The notes below the pieces were generated by a model. The model ran no database searches. It had not been told where the DNA came from and saw nothing but the letters and a program-made list of their open reading frames with translations. 64,000 bases of DNA from Treponema sp. Lineage in GTDB: Bacteria; Spirochaetota; Spirochaetia; Treponematales; Breznakiellaceae. Below, piece after piece: positions 8,750 to 17,489 of this stretch. The number at the start of each line of letters is the position of its first letter. The first letter of the stretch is position 1. The translations under genes and the position numbers were made by a program. The stretch is from NCBI GenBank assembly GCA_031268385.1, contig JAIRXH010000036.1, positions 3,584-67,583 on the forward strand, read 5' to 3'.

Positions 8750-11700
8750 TTTTTTTAACACGCTTTGCACCGGGAAACCTTGTCTCTTCGAGGTTCAGGA
8801 CCCTTTTTCAGGTTCTCCTCCTTTTCATCGTATGCGCGTACGGGGAAGCGCAGACGGCTTTTTACTGGGAACAGCCGAACCGCTTTTCCCCCGGCGAGGG
8901 CCGTTTTCCAGTTTCCGGCTTTAACGGAGAGCTTTCCGTCATCGTCTGGCAGGAAACTTCGCCCAACAGCCGCGCCAATACTGTCGGCGAGTCGGAGATA
9001 CACGTCTCCCTCGGGGTAAAGTCCGCCGGGGAAGACTGGAAGATATACCGGAACGTGGGGGGCCCCTATTACTATTCGGGGGAAGAACCCGCAATCCTCA
9101 ATGTCAGCGTCGACAACCGGAACAGGATCATCATAGCCGCCGCGGCTTCCGTAACCGAAACGGAGATCCTCATATCGTCCGACAGGGGGGAAAGCTTTTC
9201 CCGCAGCAGGCTCGACAGCGGTTCGGAAAGTTCCATAGCGCCCCGCGTCGCCGTCCGCGCCGACGGGGGGTATCTGCTTTTTATCACCCGCGGATACGAA
9301 CAGTCGCTTTCACTCTACTATTCCCGTTCGGACGACGGGATCACCTGGAGCCCCTTCAGTCCCTTTGTGCAGGGTGGCTACGGGCTCAATCTCAACTTTC
9401 TTCCCACCCACGCCGTACTGGGCTCCACCGATTATGTGATCTTTCAATCCTTTGTCGGCGGCGCCGACGTAATCCCCGCCTTTCAGCTTTACCTGCAGAC
9501 CAGTACGGATAGGGGCCTTACCTGGAGCCCGCCCCGGCGCGTAACCGATTTTCGAGATCCCCTCATGAACACCGGTTCCGACCCGGATCGTTTCGACAAC
9601 CAGCGGCCCCATCTTTCGGTATACGGGAACAGCCTGTTCCTCGTGTGGGAACGGCGTTTCGGCACGGGGTCTCCCCAGATCTACGGGGCCCTTCTCAATT
9701 CCCGGGGAACGGCAAGCGATGTGGAACGGGTGAATACCGAAGAGGCGTACTGTAACAACCCGGTGGGCTTTGTGTACAGGGGAACCCGTACGGCGGTGTG
9801 GTTCGACAACCGCAGGGGGGGAAGCCGCGTCTTCCTTGGACAGCGGGATTCCCTCTCCTGGTCGAATTACGATCTTTCAGGCGGATCGGGGGACGCTTCT
9901 TTCGGAAGGCCCGTCATAGACGGGGACGATCTGCTGGTCCTCTGGCAGATCGTTATCCGGGACGCGGGGTACATCTACACGGTTCTTCCCGATACAACCG
10001 TTACACCGCCGCGTATTGCCGCGCTCAATTTTTCCCCCTCGCGCCGTACACGGGGAGACCGGGCGCGGGTTGCCTGGAGTCCGCCCTTCGATACTTCCGG
10101 TATTGAAGGCTACTCCTGGCTCTGGTCCAGGTCGCCCCTGGAGGAGCCGCTCCGGGAAGTTTTGCTTTATCCGGGGGCAAACGTTTCCCCGTCCATGGAT
10201 CTTGCCGCGGAGGAAGACGGTTCCTGGTATTTCAGCGTCATCGCCCTGGATTACGCGGGAAACTGGTCCCTTCCGTCCCGTGTTGAATTCATACGGGATA
10301 CCACCCCGCCTCCCCTGGTGTCCGTCATTCCTCCCGATCTGGACGAAAACGGGTACCTCGTGTCGAATACCTTTTCCGTGCTGTGGGACCCGCCGGACGC
10401 CCCGGACGTTGCCGGCTACACCTGGAATCTCGAATATATGGGAGGCGCGGATCGCGGCGAGGATTACGAAACCTTCGCCGCGTCCGCCGAAGAGCACGGA
10501 ACGGGAACCGTTCCCGCGGGCGCCGCGGCTCCCGGGAATCAGGTGGAGTATGTCAACCAGGACGACGGAACATGGCGTTTTACCGTCGCGGCCGTGGACG
10601 AGGTGGGAAATGTCGGGCCCCCGTCGAGTATTTTCTTCAGAACAGACAAATACATTCCCCATACCTACGTTACCTATGTGGATTCAGGCCAGGATGAACA
10701 GGGGCTTGTCTCCATACGTGTCATAGGCCGGGGCTTTTCCGTCGGGGGAAATGTGTACCGGATCTTCCTGGACCGGGACGGGGAAGCCCCCTACGACAGG
10801 GAATACACGCTTTCAAACGGGGATTTCCGCATTCTTTCCGACAGGGAAATCACGGGACTGCGGGCGGAAGACATGGAAGAGGGAATCTACAGACTGGGGA
10901 TCTTCCATCCGTCAAGGGGACTGTACGTCACTTCTCCCGCGATAACGGTGAACAAAACGGGAACGGTCAAATTCGGCGACTTCTCAAGTATCTGGGAGCC
11001 TTCCTGGCTCAGGCGGGAAACGCGCCGCGTTGTCGATCCGTCCCTGCTTCTCATTGTCGTTGTCTTCATATTCTGTCTCTTCGGCTTTGCCGCCTCCGTC
11101 AGGGGAATAGGAAACGCCGTCGCCGAAAGCGTCGCGATACGGGTGGAAGCGGCCGCGCTTATAACAGGAGATTTTATGCCTTCGGAAAAGAAAAAACACG
11201 CAGCAAGAATCAGGCGGAGGGGGGGAGGTCTGCGGCTCAAGCTGGCTTCTTTCACCATCGCGATAGTGCTTACCGTGGTCGCCATGGTGTCCCTGCCCTT
11301 GGCCTATGTGATGACCAATACCCAGCGGCAGACCCTGCTCCGGGGACTTTGGGACCGTTCTTCCGTTCTTCTTGAAGGACTGGCGTCAAGCGCCCGTGCG
11401 TACCTTCCGGCGAACAACATTCTGGAACTCGGTTTCCTCCCCGCCCAGACCGTGGCCATACCGGAAGCGCGCTATGTGACCATTACCGGCTACAACGCCC
11501 AGGCCTCGTCATACGGGGATCTGGTGTGGGCCACCAACGATCCTGAAATTCTCGCCAAAATAGATACCGCCGAACTGCAGCCGGGAATATCGCGTCTTGC
11601 CGATGTGCTGAGTCCCCGGCTTGAACAGATCAGCCGGGAACTGAACGAGAGGGCCCGCGCCGAGGTGGGAAGCCTTTCGCGGAGCATAGCCGAACTCAAC

Positions 11701-13371
11701 CAGGAAGGAGTTGCCCTCGCGTCCCGCAATGACGCCGAAAGCAGGCAGCGTTTTCAGGATATACAGGTAACTACAAGCCAGTTAACCGCGCGGTTTACCG
11801 AAGGACTTGCCTCGATAGCCCGCGACATCGGTTCGGAGCCCTCCTTCTCCACCGAGGAGCTTCCCCGCGACGGGGCTGGAACCTACATATTCTTCAAGCC
11901 CGTCATGTACCGGCAGGGGAACGAGGATGTCTACTTCAGGGGCCTTATCCGCCTTGAAGTGACCATAGATTCGATACTCGCCAAAATCGCCGAGGATCAG
12001 CGGGGTCTTGTCAGGCTCATTTTTATCATCGCCTTTATCGCCGTCGCCATAGGAACCATGGGCGCGCTGGTCCTTTCCACCCTTATCATCAGGCCCATAC
12101 GGAAACTGGTGCGGCATGTCGAGCAGATCAGGGACACCGACGACAAGACAAAACTCGCGGGGGTGGACATTCACATCAAGAGCAGGGACGAGATTGCCGT
12201 TCTGGGAAACACCATCAATGACATGACCCACGGTCTTGTCAAGGCGGCGCTGGCGGCTTCGGATCTGTCCATAGGAAAGGAAATACAGAAGAAGTTTATT
12301 CCCCTGGAAATGGACCGGGAAGGAAACAAACTCAGTTCAGGCTACAAGGACACCAAAAACGCCAGCTTCTTCGGCTACTACGAAGGGGCCAAGGGCGTAT
12401 CCGGGGACTACTTCGATTATCAGGATCTTGACGGCCGCTACTACGCGATCATCAAATGCGACGTGGCCGGCAAGGGAATACCGGCGGCCCTCATCATGAT
12501 ACAGGTGGCCACGATGTTCCTCAACTATTTCAAGGCCTGGAAACCCACCGCCAAAGGCATGCACATAGAGGAAGTGGTCTACCAGATCAACGACTTCATC
12601 GAAACCCTGGGCTTCAAGGGACGTTTCGCCGCCTTTACCCTCTGTCTCTTCGATTCCCAGACGGGGGTGGTGCGCTTCTGCAACGCCGGCGACAACATCA
12701 TACATCTCTTTGACGCCTCCGAGGGCCGTATCAAGACCCTTACCCTGCCGGAGACGCCCGCCACCGGGGTGCTTCCGAACTTCCTTGTGGAATCCAAGGG
12801 CGGTTATACCGTGCAGACCATGACCGTCGATCACGGCGACATTCTGTTCCTCTTTACCGACGGTATAGAAGAGGCAAAGCGGAAATTCAGGGACGGGGAT
12901 TTCAGGGAAATCATCTGTACCGAAGGCGGCGCCCCCAACGACACCCCGCACGAAAACCACGTGGTAGGGCAGGGCGATGAGGAAATGGGACCGGACCGGG
13001 TCCAGGCCATTATTAACGCCGTCATGAACAGGGATGTCTATACCCTGCACAAGTGGCACAACCCCGAAGGAAACACCGATCTTTCCTTCGATTTTTCAAA
13101 CTGCGAAGGCAAAGTCGAGGAAGTGATCATGGCGCTGGTGTCGGTGGAAAAGATGTTCCGCTGCTGCAAGGATCCCGGCGCCGGCGAGGATTCCCGCGTA
13201 CTTGTGGACAGGAAGGTGGACGCCTTCCTCAAGGAGCACTTCCTCCAGTACCGTACCTACTGTTCCTACACACGGGAAAACCCTGGCAACGACGCGTATA
13301 TGTATTATACTCACGTTATTGAAGATGATCAGTACGACGATCTTACCATTTTGGGGATCAAGAGAAAGTGA
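8746..13371 (+). CDS. multidomain membrane sensor phosphatase: BNR/sialidase-like propeller + 2 FN3-like + second periplasmic module + HAMP + SpoIIE/PP2C
   Basis: ATG at 8746 overlaps the upstream TGA. Asp-box motifs are SSDRGESFS, SRSDDGITWSP and TSTDRGLTWSP. FN3-like segments read ARVAWSPPFDTSGIEGYSWLW and FSVLWDPPDAPDVAGYTWNL. Hydrophobic spans lie at nt 11044-11103, 11242-11313 and 12016-12090. The HAMP-like segment is RPIRKLVRHVEQIRD...IAVLGNTINDMTHGL. PP2C motifs are GVSGDYFDY, FTDGIEEA and DDLTILG. Confidence 0.9.
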   Translation: MIFLTRFAPGNLVSSRFRTLFQVLLLFIVCAYGEAQTAFYWEQPNRFSPGEGRFPVSGFNGELSVIVWQETSPNSRANTVGESEIHVSLGVKSAGEDWKIYRNVGGPYYYSGEEPAILNVSVDNRNRIIIAAAASVTETEILISSDRGESFSRSRLDSGSESSIAPRVAVRADGGYLLFITRGYEQSLSLYYSRSDDGITWSPFSPFVQGGYGLNLNFLPTHAVLGSTDYVIFQSFVGGADVIPAFQLYLQTSTDRGLTWSPPRRVTDFRDPLMNTGSDPDRFDNQRPHLSVYGNSLFLVWERRFGTGSPQIYGALLNSRGTASDVERVNTEEAYCNNPVGFVYRGTRTAVWFDNRRGGSRVFLGQRDSLSWSNYDLSGGSGDASFGRPVIDGDDLLVLWQIVIRDAGYIYTVLPDTTVTPPRIAALNFSPSRRTRGDRARVAWSPPFDTSGIEGYSWLWSRSPLEEPLREVLLYPGANVSPSMDLAAEEDGSWYFSVIALDYAGNWSLPSRVEFIRDTTPPPLVSVIPPDLDENGYLVSNTFSVLWDPPDAPDVAGYTWNLEYMGGADRGEDYETFAASAEEHGTGTVPAGAAAPGNQVEYVNQDDGTWRFTVAAVDEVGNVGPPSSIFFRTDKYIPHTYVTYVDSGQDEQGLVSIRVIGRGFSVGGNVYRIFLDRDGEAPYDREYTLSNGDFRILSDREITGLRAEDMEEGIYRLGIFHPSRGLYVTSPAITVNKTGTVKFGDFSSIWEPSWLRRETRRVVDPSLLLIVVVFIFCLFGFAASVRGIGNAVAESVAIRVEAAALITGDFMPSEKKKHAARIRRRGGGLRLKLASFTIAIVLTVVAMVSLPLAYVMTNTQRQTLLRGLWDRSSVLLEGLASSARAYLPANNILELGFLPAQTVAIPEARYVTITGYNAQASSYGDLVWATNDPEILAKIDTAELQPGISRLADVLSPRLEQISRELNERARAEVGSLSRSIAELNQEGVALASRNDAESRQRFQDIQVTTSQLTARFTEGLASIARDIGSEPSFSTEELPRDGAGTYIFFKPVMYRQGNEDVYFRGLIRLEVTIDSILAKIAEDQRGLVRLIFIIAFIAVAIGTMGALVLSTLIIRPIRKLVRHVEQIRDTDDKTKLAGVDIHIKSRDEIAVLGNTINDMTHGLVKAALAASDLSIGKEIQKKFIPLEMDREGNKLSSGYKDTKNASFFGYYEGAKGVSGDYFDYQDLDGRYYAIIKCDVAGKGIPAALIMIQVATMFLNYFKAWKPTAKGMHIEEVVYQINDFIETLGFKGRFAAFTLCLFDSQTGVVRFCNAGDNIIHLFDASEGRIKTLTLPETPATGVLPNFLVESKGGYTVQTMTVDHGDILFLFTDGIEEAKRKFRDGDFREIICTEGGAPNDTPHENHVVGQGDEEMGPDRVQAIINAVMNRDVYTLHKWHNPEGNTDLSFDFSNCEGKVEEVIMALVSVEKMFRCCKDPGAGEDSRVLVDRKVDAFLKEHFLQYRTYCSYTRENPGNDAYMYYTHVIEDDQYDDLTILGIKRK

Positions 13372-13403
13372 ACAGGACTTCCGGTGTAACAGGGGGGTTA
13401 ACC

Positions 13404-13721
13404 ATGACATTCGGAGAACGGATGAAGGAAATTGTTGAACAGGGCATTTCGGTTTCAAAGGATCTTGCTGTAAAAGCGGGGGCAAAGGCCCAGGATCTGG
13501 GAGAGCGGGGCGTTCTCATGCTGGAAGTCAGGCAGCTTGAAGGCCAGGCCCAGAAACTTGTCGGCCGTCTGGGAGCCGAGGCGTACGAGGCCTTTGCCGA
13601 ACGGGGCGTCAAGACCCTGGCGGCGGACACCCACGCCGTCAGGATCCTGCTCGCGGAACTTGCCCAGATCCGCGAATCCATCGAAAAAAAGAACACGGAA
13701 CTCCAGTCCCGGAAAAAGTGA
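13404..13721 (+). CDS. small coiled-coil hypothetical protein (105 aa)
   Basis: ATG at 13404 is preceded by AGGGGGG at 13391-13397. The sequence MTFGERMKEIVEQGISVSKDLAVKAGAKAQDLGERG...ELAQIRESIEKKNTELQSRKK is helical and charged. The track start GTG at 13368 overlaps the upstream stop and is an alternative. Confidence 0.6.
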   Translation: MTFGERMKEIVEQGISVSKDLAVKAGAKAQDLGERGVLMLEVRQLEGQAQKLVGRLGAEAYEAFAERGVKTLAADTHAVRILLAELAQIRESIEKKNTELQSRKK

Positions 13722-14830
13722 ATTCAGGGGAAGTCCTCCCCGAAGCCGTCGTGGAACGTTTTGCCATTTACGGCGAACTGGAAACCGTCTGTCCTTTCGG
13801 TTCGGGGCACATCAACACAACCTTTGTTTCACGGTGGAACCAGGCCGGCCTTCGCGTGCGTTATCTGCATCAGCTGATAAACGATCGCGTTTTTCTCCGG
13901 CCCGGCGGGGTCATGGAGAACATAGACCGGGTCACGCGGCACATCGCGTCCATTCTCCGTGAAAAAGGAGAAGAGGATGTCAGCCGCAAAACCCTGACGG
14001 TGGTTCCGTCGCGGGACGGCCGGCTCTTTGTCCGCGATGACGGCGGCGGCTGGTGGCGGACATATTTGTTTATCGAGCGGACGCACACGCTGGACCTGGT
14101 TTCCACCTCCGGCGAGGCCCATTTTCTGGGGAAGGCCATCGGACGTTTTCAAAAACAGCTTGCGGACTTTGACGGAAAGCGGCTTGACGAAACCATCCCC
14201 GATTTTCACAACATGGAAAGCCGTTACCGCTCTTTCCGTAACGCGGTAAACAGGGACCCCCTTGACCGGGCCGGAACGGCCGGCGCCGAAATTGACTTCA
14301 TGCTTGAAAACGAGGAACGGGGCGCCGTTCTCCTCCGCGCCCTGCGTGAGGGGCGCATCCCCGAGCGCGTCTGCCACAACGACGCCAAGATAAACAACAT
14401 ACTCATTGACGACGGGGACAACAGGGCCCTGTGCGTCGTAGATCTTGACACCGTGATGCCCGGAACCTGTCTTTTTGATTCAGGCGATCTGATACGCACC
14501 GTCGCGGCGCGGGCAAAGGAAGACGAGCGGGATCTTTCGCGGGTTGAATTTGATTTCCCTTTTTTCGCGGCCCTTCTCGAAGGTTACCTTTCCGAGGCTT
14601 CCTCCTTCCTTACGACGGGGGAAAAAGAACTGCTTGCCGAATCGGGACGGAACATTACCCATATCATGGCCCTGCGTTTTCTTACCGACTACCTTGAGGG
14701 GGACACGTATTACCATACTTCACGGCCCGGTCATAACCTTGACAGGGCCAGAAACCAGATTGCCCTTGTCCGTTCCATGGACAGACACTGGGAGAGTATA
14801 ACGCGCTTCCTGCGGGAACGGGTGCTTTAG
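13718..14830 (+). CDS. APH-fold phosphotransferase, N-acetylhexosamine-1-kinase (NahK)-like
   Basis: GTG start overlaps the upstream TGA (GTGA). Motifs are FGSGHINTTF, HNDAKINNILID (Brenner-type HxDxxxxN) and VVDLDTVMPG (DxD). Confidence 0.85.
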   Translation: MNSGEVLPEAVVERFAIYGELETVCPFGSGHINTTFVSRWNQAGLRVRYLHQLINDRVFLRPGGVMENIDRVTRHIASILREKGEEDVSRKTLTVVPSRDGRLFVRDDGGGWWRTYLFIERTHTLDLVSTSGEAHFLGKAIGRFQKQLADFDGKRLDETIPDFHNMESRYRSFRNAVNRDPLDRAGTAGAEIDFMLENEERGAVLLRALREGRIPERVCHNDAKINNILIDDGDNRALCVVDLDTVMPGTCLFDSGDLIRTVAARAKEDERDLSRVEFDFPFFAALLEGYLSEASSFLTTGEKELLAESGRNITHIMALRFLTDYLEGDTYYHTSRPGHNLDRARNQIALVRSMDRHWESITRFLRERVL

Positions 14831-14877
14831 CCGCACTTGAAAAAACGGGGTTTTTATTGTAAAAGTGCTGAAGTGTT

Positions 14878-15342
14878 ATGACAAAGGAACCCTTTTACCG
14901 GGACGGACTTCGTTTTTCATGCCGCCGCTGTTCTTCCTGCTGCCGTTACGAGAGCGGTTTTGTTTTTCTCTCCGAAAAAGACGTATGTGTCCTGTCGGCG
15001 GCCCGCAAAATGGAGTATACTGATTTTGTAAAGACATGGTGCCGCTGGGTTCCTTCCGAAGGCGGCCGGGACCGTCTTTCACTAAGGGAAAAGACCGATT
15101 ATGATTGTATCTTCTGGAAGGACGGCTGTACGGTCTACGGGGCGCGGCCCCTGCAGTGCAGAACCTTTCCTTTCTGGTCTTCTGTTGTCGGTTCCCGCGA
15201 AGCGTGGAATATGGCAAAAACAGGCTGTCCGGGCATGGATTCAGGCGCGGCGCACAGCCGGGAAGAAATAGAAACCTGTCTTGCCATGAGGAGGGCGGAG
15301 CCGCTTGTCATGAGAATATCACCTGGCGTAAGGGGGTTGTAG
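14878..15342 (+). CDS. YkgJ-family (UPF0153) cysteine-cluster protein
   Basis: The sequence FSCRRCSSCCRYESGFVFL...DCIFWKDGCTVYGARPLQCRTFPFW matches the CxxCxxCC plus C-rich pattern of the family. Confidence 0.85.
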   Translation: MTKEPFYRDGLRFSCRRCSSCCRYESGFVFLSEKDVCVLSAARKMEYTDFVKTWCRWVPSEGGRDRLSLREKTDYDCIFWKDGCTVYGARPLQCRTFPFWSSVVGSREAWNMAKTGCPGMDSGAAHSREEIETCLAMRRAEPLVMRISPGVRGL

Positions 15343-16283
15343 TGCTGGTTCATTTTTGGGGCGTCCGGGGTTCCCTGCCGTCTCCGCAGCTTCCTTCGCA
15401 GATAAAAAGCAAGATTTCCGCCATTCTGGAGCGGCTTACCCCCGCGGATATAGAAAACACGGAGAACCGCGAACGCTTTCTGGCGGGACTGCCCCCCTGG
15501 CTCTTCGGTACGGTGGGCGGAAATACCCCCTGTGTCAGCCTCGGTTTCGACAATTCCCGCGAACTTGTCGTGTTTGACTGCGGATCGGGGATCCGGGAGC
15601 TGGGTATTGCCATTGGCAGGCAGAAACCGAAGCCGTCCCAGTACCGGGTGTTTTTTTCCCATTTTCACTGGGATCACCTTCAGGGGCTCCCTTTTTTCAA
15701 TCCCGCCTATGATCCTTCGATAACCATGGATTTTTATTCTCCCATGAAAGACCTGGAAGCCGCCCTTTACGGGCAGATGACTTTCCCGTATTTTCCCGTT
15801 CACATGGAATCGATGGGGTGCAAGAAGAATTTTCACTTCATGGACGGCAGGCTGGACATTGACGGCGTCACCATTTCCTGCAAAAAAATGAACCATCCCG
15901 GAGATTCCTATTCGTATATGGTCAACGACGGCAGACGCCGTTTCATTTACGCGACCGATACGGAGCTTTCGGCGGCCGATTTTATCAAAAACGACGAAAA
16001 CACCGAATTTTTCCAGAACGCCGACCTTATTGTCATAGACTGCCAGTACACGCTGGGGGAGGCTATCGAAAAATACAACTGGGGGCACAGCGCGTTCAGC
16101 TTGGCGGTCGATTTTGCCGCCAACTGGGGCATCAGGCACATGGTGCTGTTCCACCACGATCCTACCTACAACGACCGGAAACTTTTCAACATACTCCAGT
16201 CCGCGCGCTGGTATACCGAACGCATGAATATCAAGGGAATCGAGCTGTCGCTTGCCGTGGAAGGGTTGGAAATCAAACTGTAG
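15342..16283 (+). CDS. MBL-fold metallo-hydrolase
   Basis: The in-frame GTG at 15342 shares its G with the upstream TAG and is preceded by AAGGGGG. The N-terminus (M)LVHFWGVRGSLPSP is typical for this MBL subgroup. Other motifs are FFSHFHWDHLQGLPFF (HxHxDH) and VLFHHDP. Confidence 0.85.
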   Translation: MLVHFWGVRGSLPSPQLPSQIKSKISAILERLTPADIENTENRERFLAGLPPWLFGTVGGNTPCVSLGFDNSRELVVFDCGSGIRELGIAIGRQKPKPSQYRVFFSHFHWDHLQGLPFFNPAYDPSITMDFYSPMKDLEAALYGQMTFPYFPVHMESMGCKKNFHFMDGRLDIDGVTISCKKMNHPGDSYSYMVNDGRRRFIYATDTELSAADFIKNDENTEFFQNADLIVIDCQYTLGEAIEKYNWGHSAFSLAVDFAANWGIRHMVLFHHDPTYNDRKLFNILQSARWYTERMNIKGIELSLAVEGLEIKL

Positions 16284-16286
16284 TTT

Positions 16287-17489
16287 ATGAAAATGAACAA
16301 GCCCGGCAGGCCAAAGGTATCGGACGGCGGCAAGTACAATAGACATGACGACAGAATGTCACAAAACAATGGTACGCGAAAAAAAGACAAAGCGCCGAAA
16401 GCCGGAGCCGAACCGCGCAAACCGGGATTTTTCAGGAAATTTGTTTTTTTTCTGATTTTTCTTACCGGAACGGCGATTTTTTTCCTTGTGACAATCCTTG
16501 GAGGGCTCATATATTTTAACGGGGCGCCGACCGCCGCTCCCCGCTCCCTCCCCGACAATTCCCTTCGTGTGGAAGGGGATAGTGTCCTTTACCTTGAAGT
16601 GCGAAAGGGCGAAAGCGCCTGGTCGGTGGGCAGACGCCTTGAGGAGGCGGGGATCATACGGAACAGGTATTTTTGGCAGCTTGTTTCCCGCCTGGGCAGG
16701 GAGTACATCAAAAGCGGCGTCTACCGCCTGGACATTCCCCTGGGACAGCTGGAAATATACCGGATTCTGGTTGAAGGCGCCCAGATGCTGAGCCGGGTCA
16801 CCTTTCCCGAGGGGGCGACGCTGAAAAAATACGCCCGTATCCTTGAAGAGGCCGGAATATGCGGCCAGGCGGAATTCCTTGCCGCCGCCTCCGATCCCGC
16901 CGTCAGGGCCGAATATCATGTCCCCGGCGAAACCATGGAAGGGTATCTGTACCCCGACACCTACTTTTTTCCCCTGAACTATCCGGCCGCCATGGCGGTA
17001 CGGACCATGGCCGGCACCTTTTTCGGCCGGCTTGAGGAAATTGACCCGGACGCGCTGGAACTGTCCGCCGCCGAACTTGAGCGCAGGGTGATCGTCGCCT
17101 CCATTGTGGAACGGGAATACCGTGTCGACGAGGAGGCGCCTCTCATGGCGGGGGTGTTCTACAACCGGCTTGAAACAGGCATGGCGCTCCAGTCCTGCGC
17201 CACCGTGGAGTATGTGATCACCGAAATACAGGGAAGGCCCCATCCGGAGGTACTGTACACCAAGGATACGGAGATACGCGATCCCTACAACACCTACCTG
17301 ACGCCGGGACTTCCCCCCGGTCCCATTTCGGCGCCGGGCAGGGTGGCCCTCGACGCGGCCTTTCACCCTGCCGAAAGCGATTATCTCTATTTTCGCCTGG
17401 TCGATCCCCAGGCCGGCCGGCACTATTTTGCCCGCACGCTGGACGACCATATCCGCGCGGGAGTGCTGTATGTCAAGGGAAGGGGCTAG
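16287..17489 (+). CDS. mltG: endolytic murein transglycosylase MltG (YceG-like)
   Basis: Basic N-terminus plus a TM segment (FFLIFLTGTAIFFLVTILGG). YceG motifs are EGYLYPDTYFF, ASIVEREY, LQSCATVEY, YNTYLTPGLPPGPISAPG and YLYF. Confidence 0.9.
   Translation: MKMNKPGRPKVSDGGKYNRHDDRMSQNNGTRKKDKAPKAGAEPRKPGFFRKFVFFLIFLTGTAIFFLVTILGGLIYFNGAPTAAPRSLPDNSLRVEGDSVLYLEVRKGESAWSVGRRLEEAGIIRNRYFWQLVSRLGREYIKSGVYRLDIPLGQLEIYRILVEGAQMLSRVTFPEGATLKKYARILEEAGICGQAEFLAAASDPAVRAEYHVPGETMEGYLYPDTYFFPLNYPAAMAVRTMAGTFFGRLEEIDPDALELSAAELERRVIVASIVEREYRVDEEAPLMAGVFYNRLETGMALQSCATVEYVITEIQGRPHPEVLYTKDTEIRDPYNTYLTPGLPPGPISAPGRVALDAAFHPAESDYLYFRLVDPQAGRHYFARTLDDHIRAGVLYVKGRG

Noticed and set aside
15135-16346. A 403-aa antisense ORF over the MBL hydrolase gene. 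Similar long antisense ORFs lie at 16359-17450, 26497-27558, 28362-29708, 37077-38471, 41824-43128, 51525-52538 and 61115-62203.
   Set aside because: Each lies opposite a gene with strong motif support and encodes Gly/Arg/Pro-rich sequence without motifs. Stop-poor antisense frames are expected in GC-rich coding DNA. I treat them as compositional artefacts, not overlapping genes.
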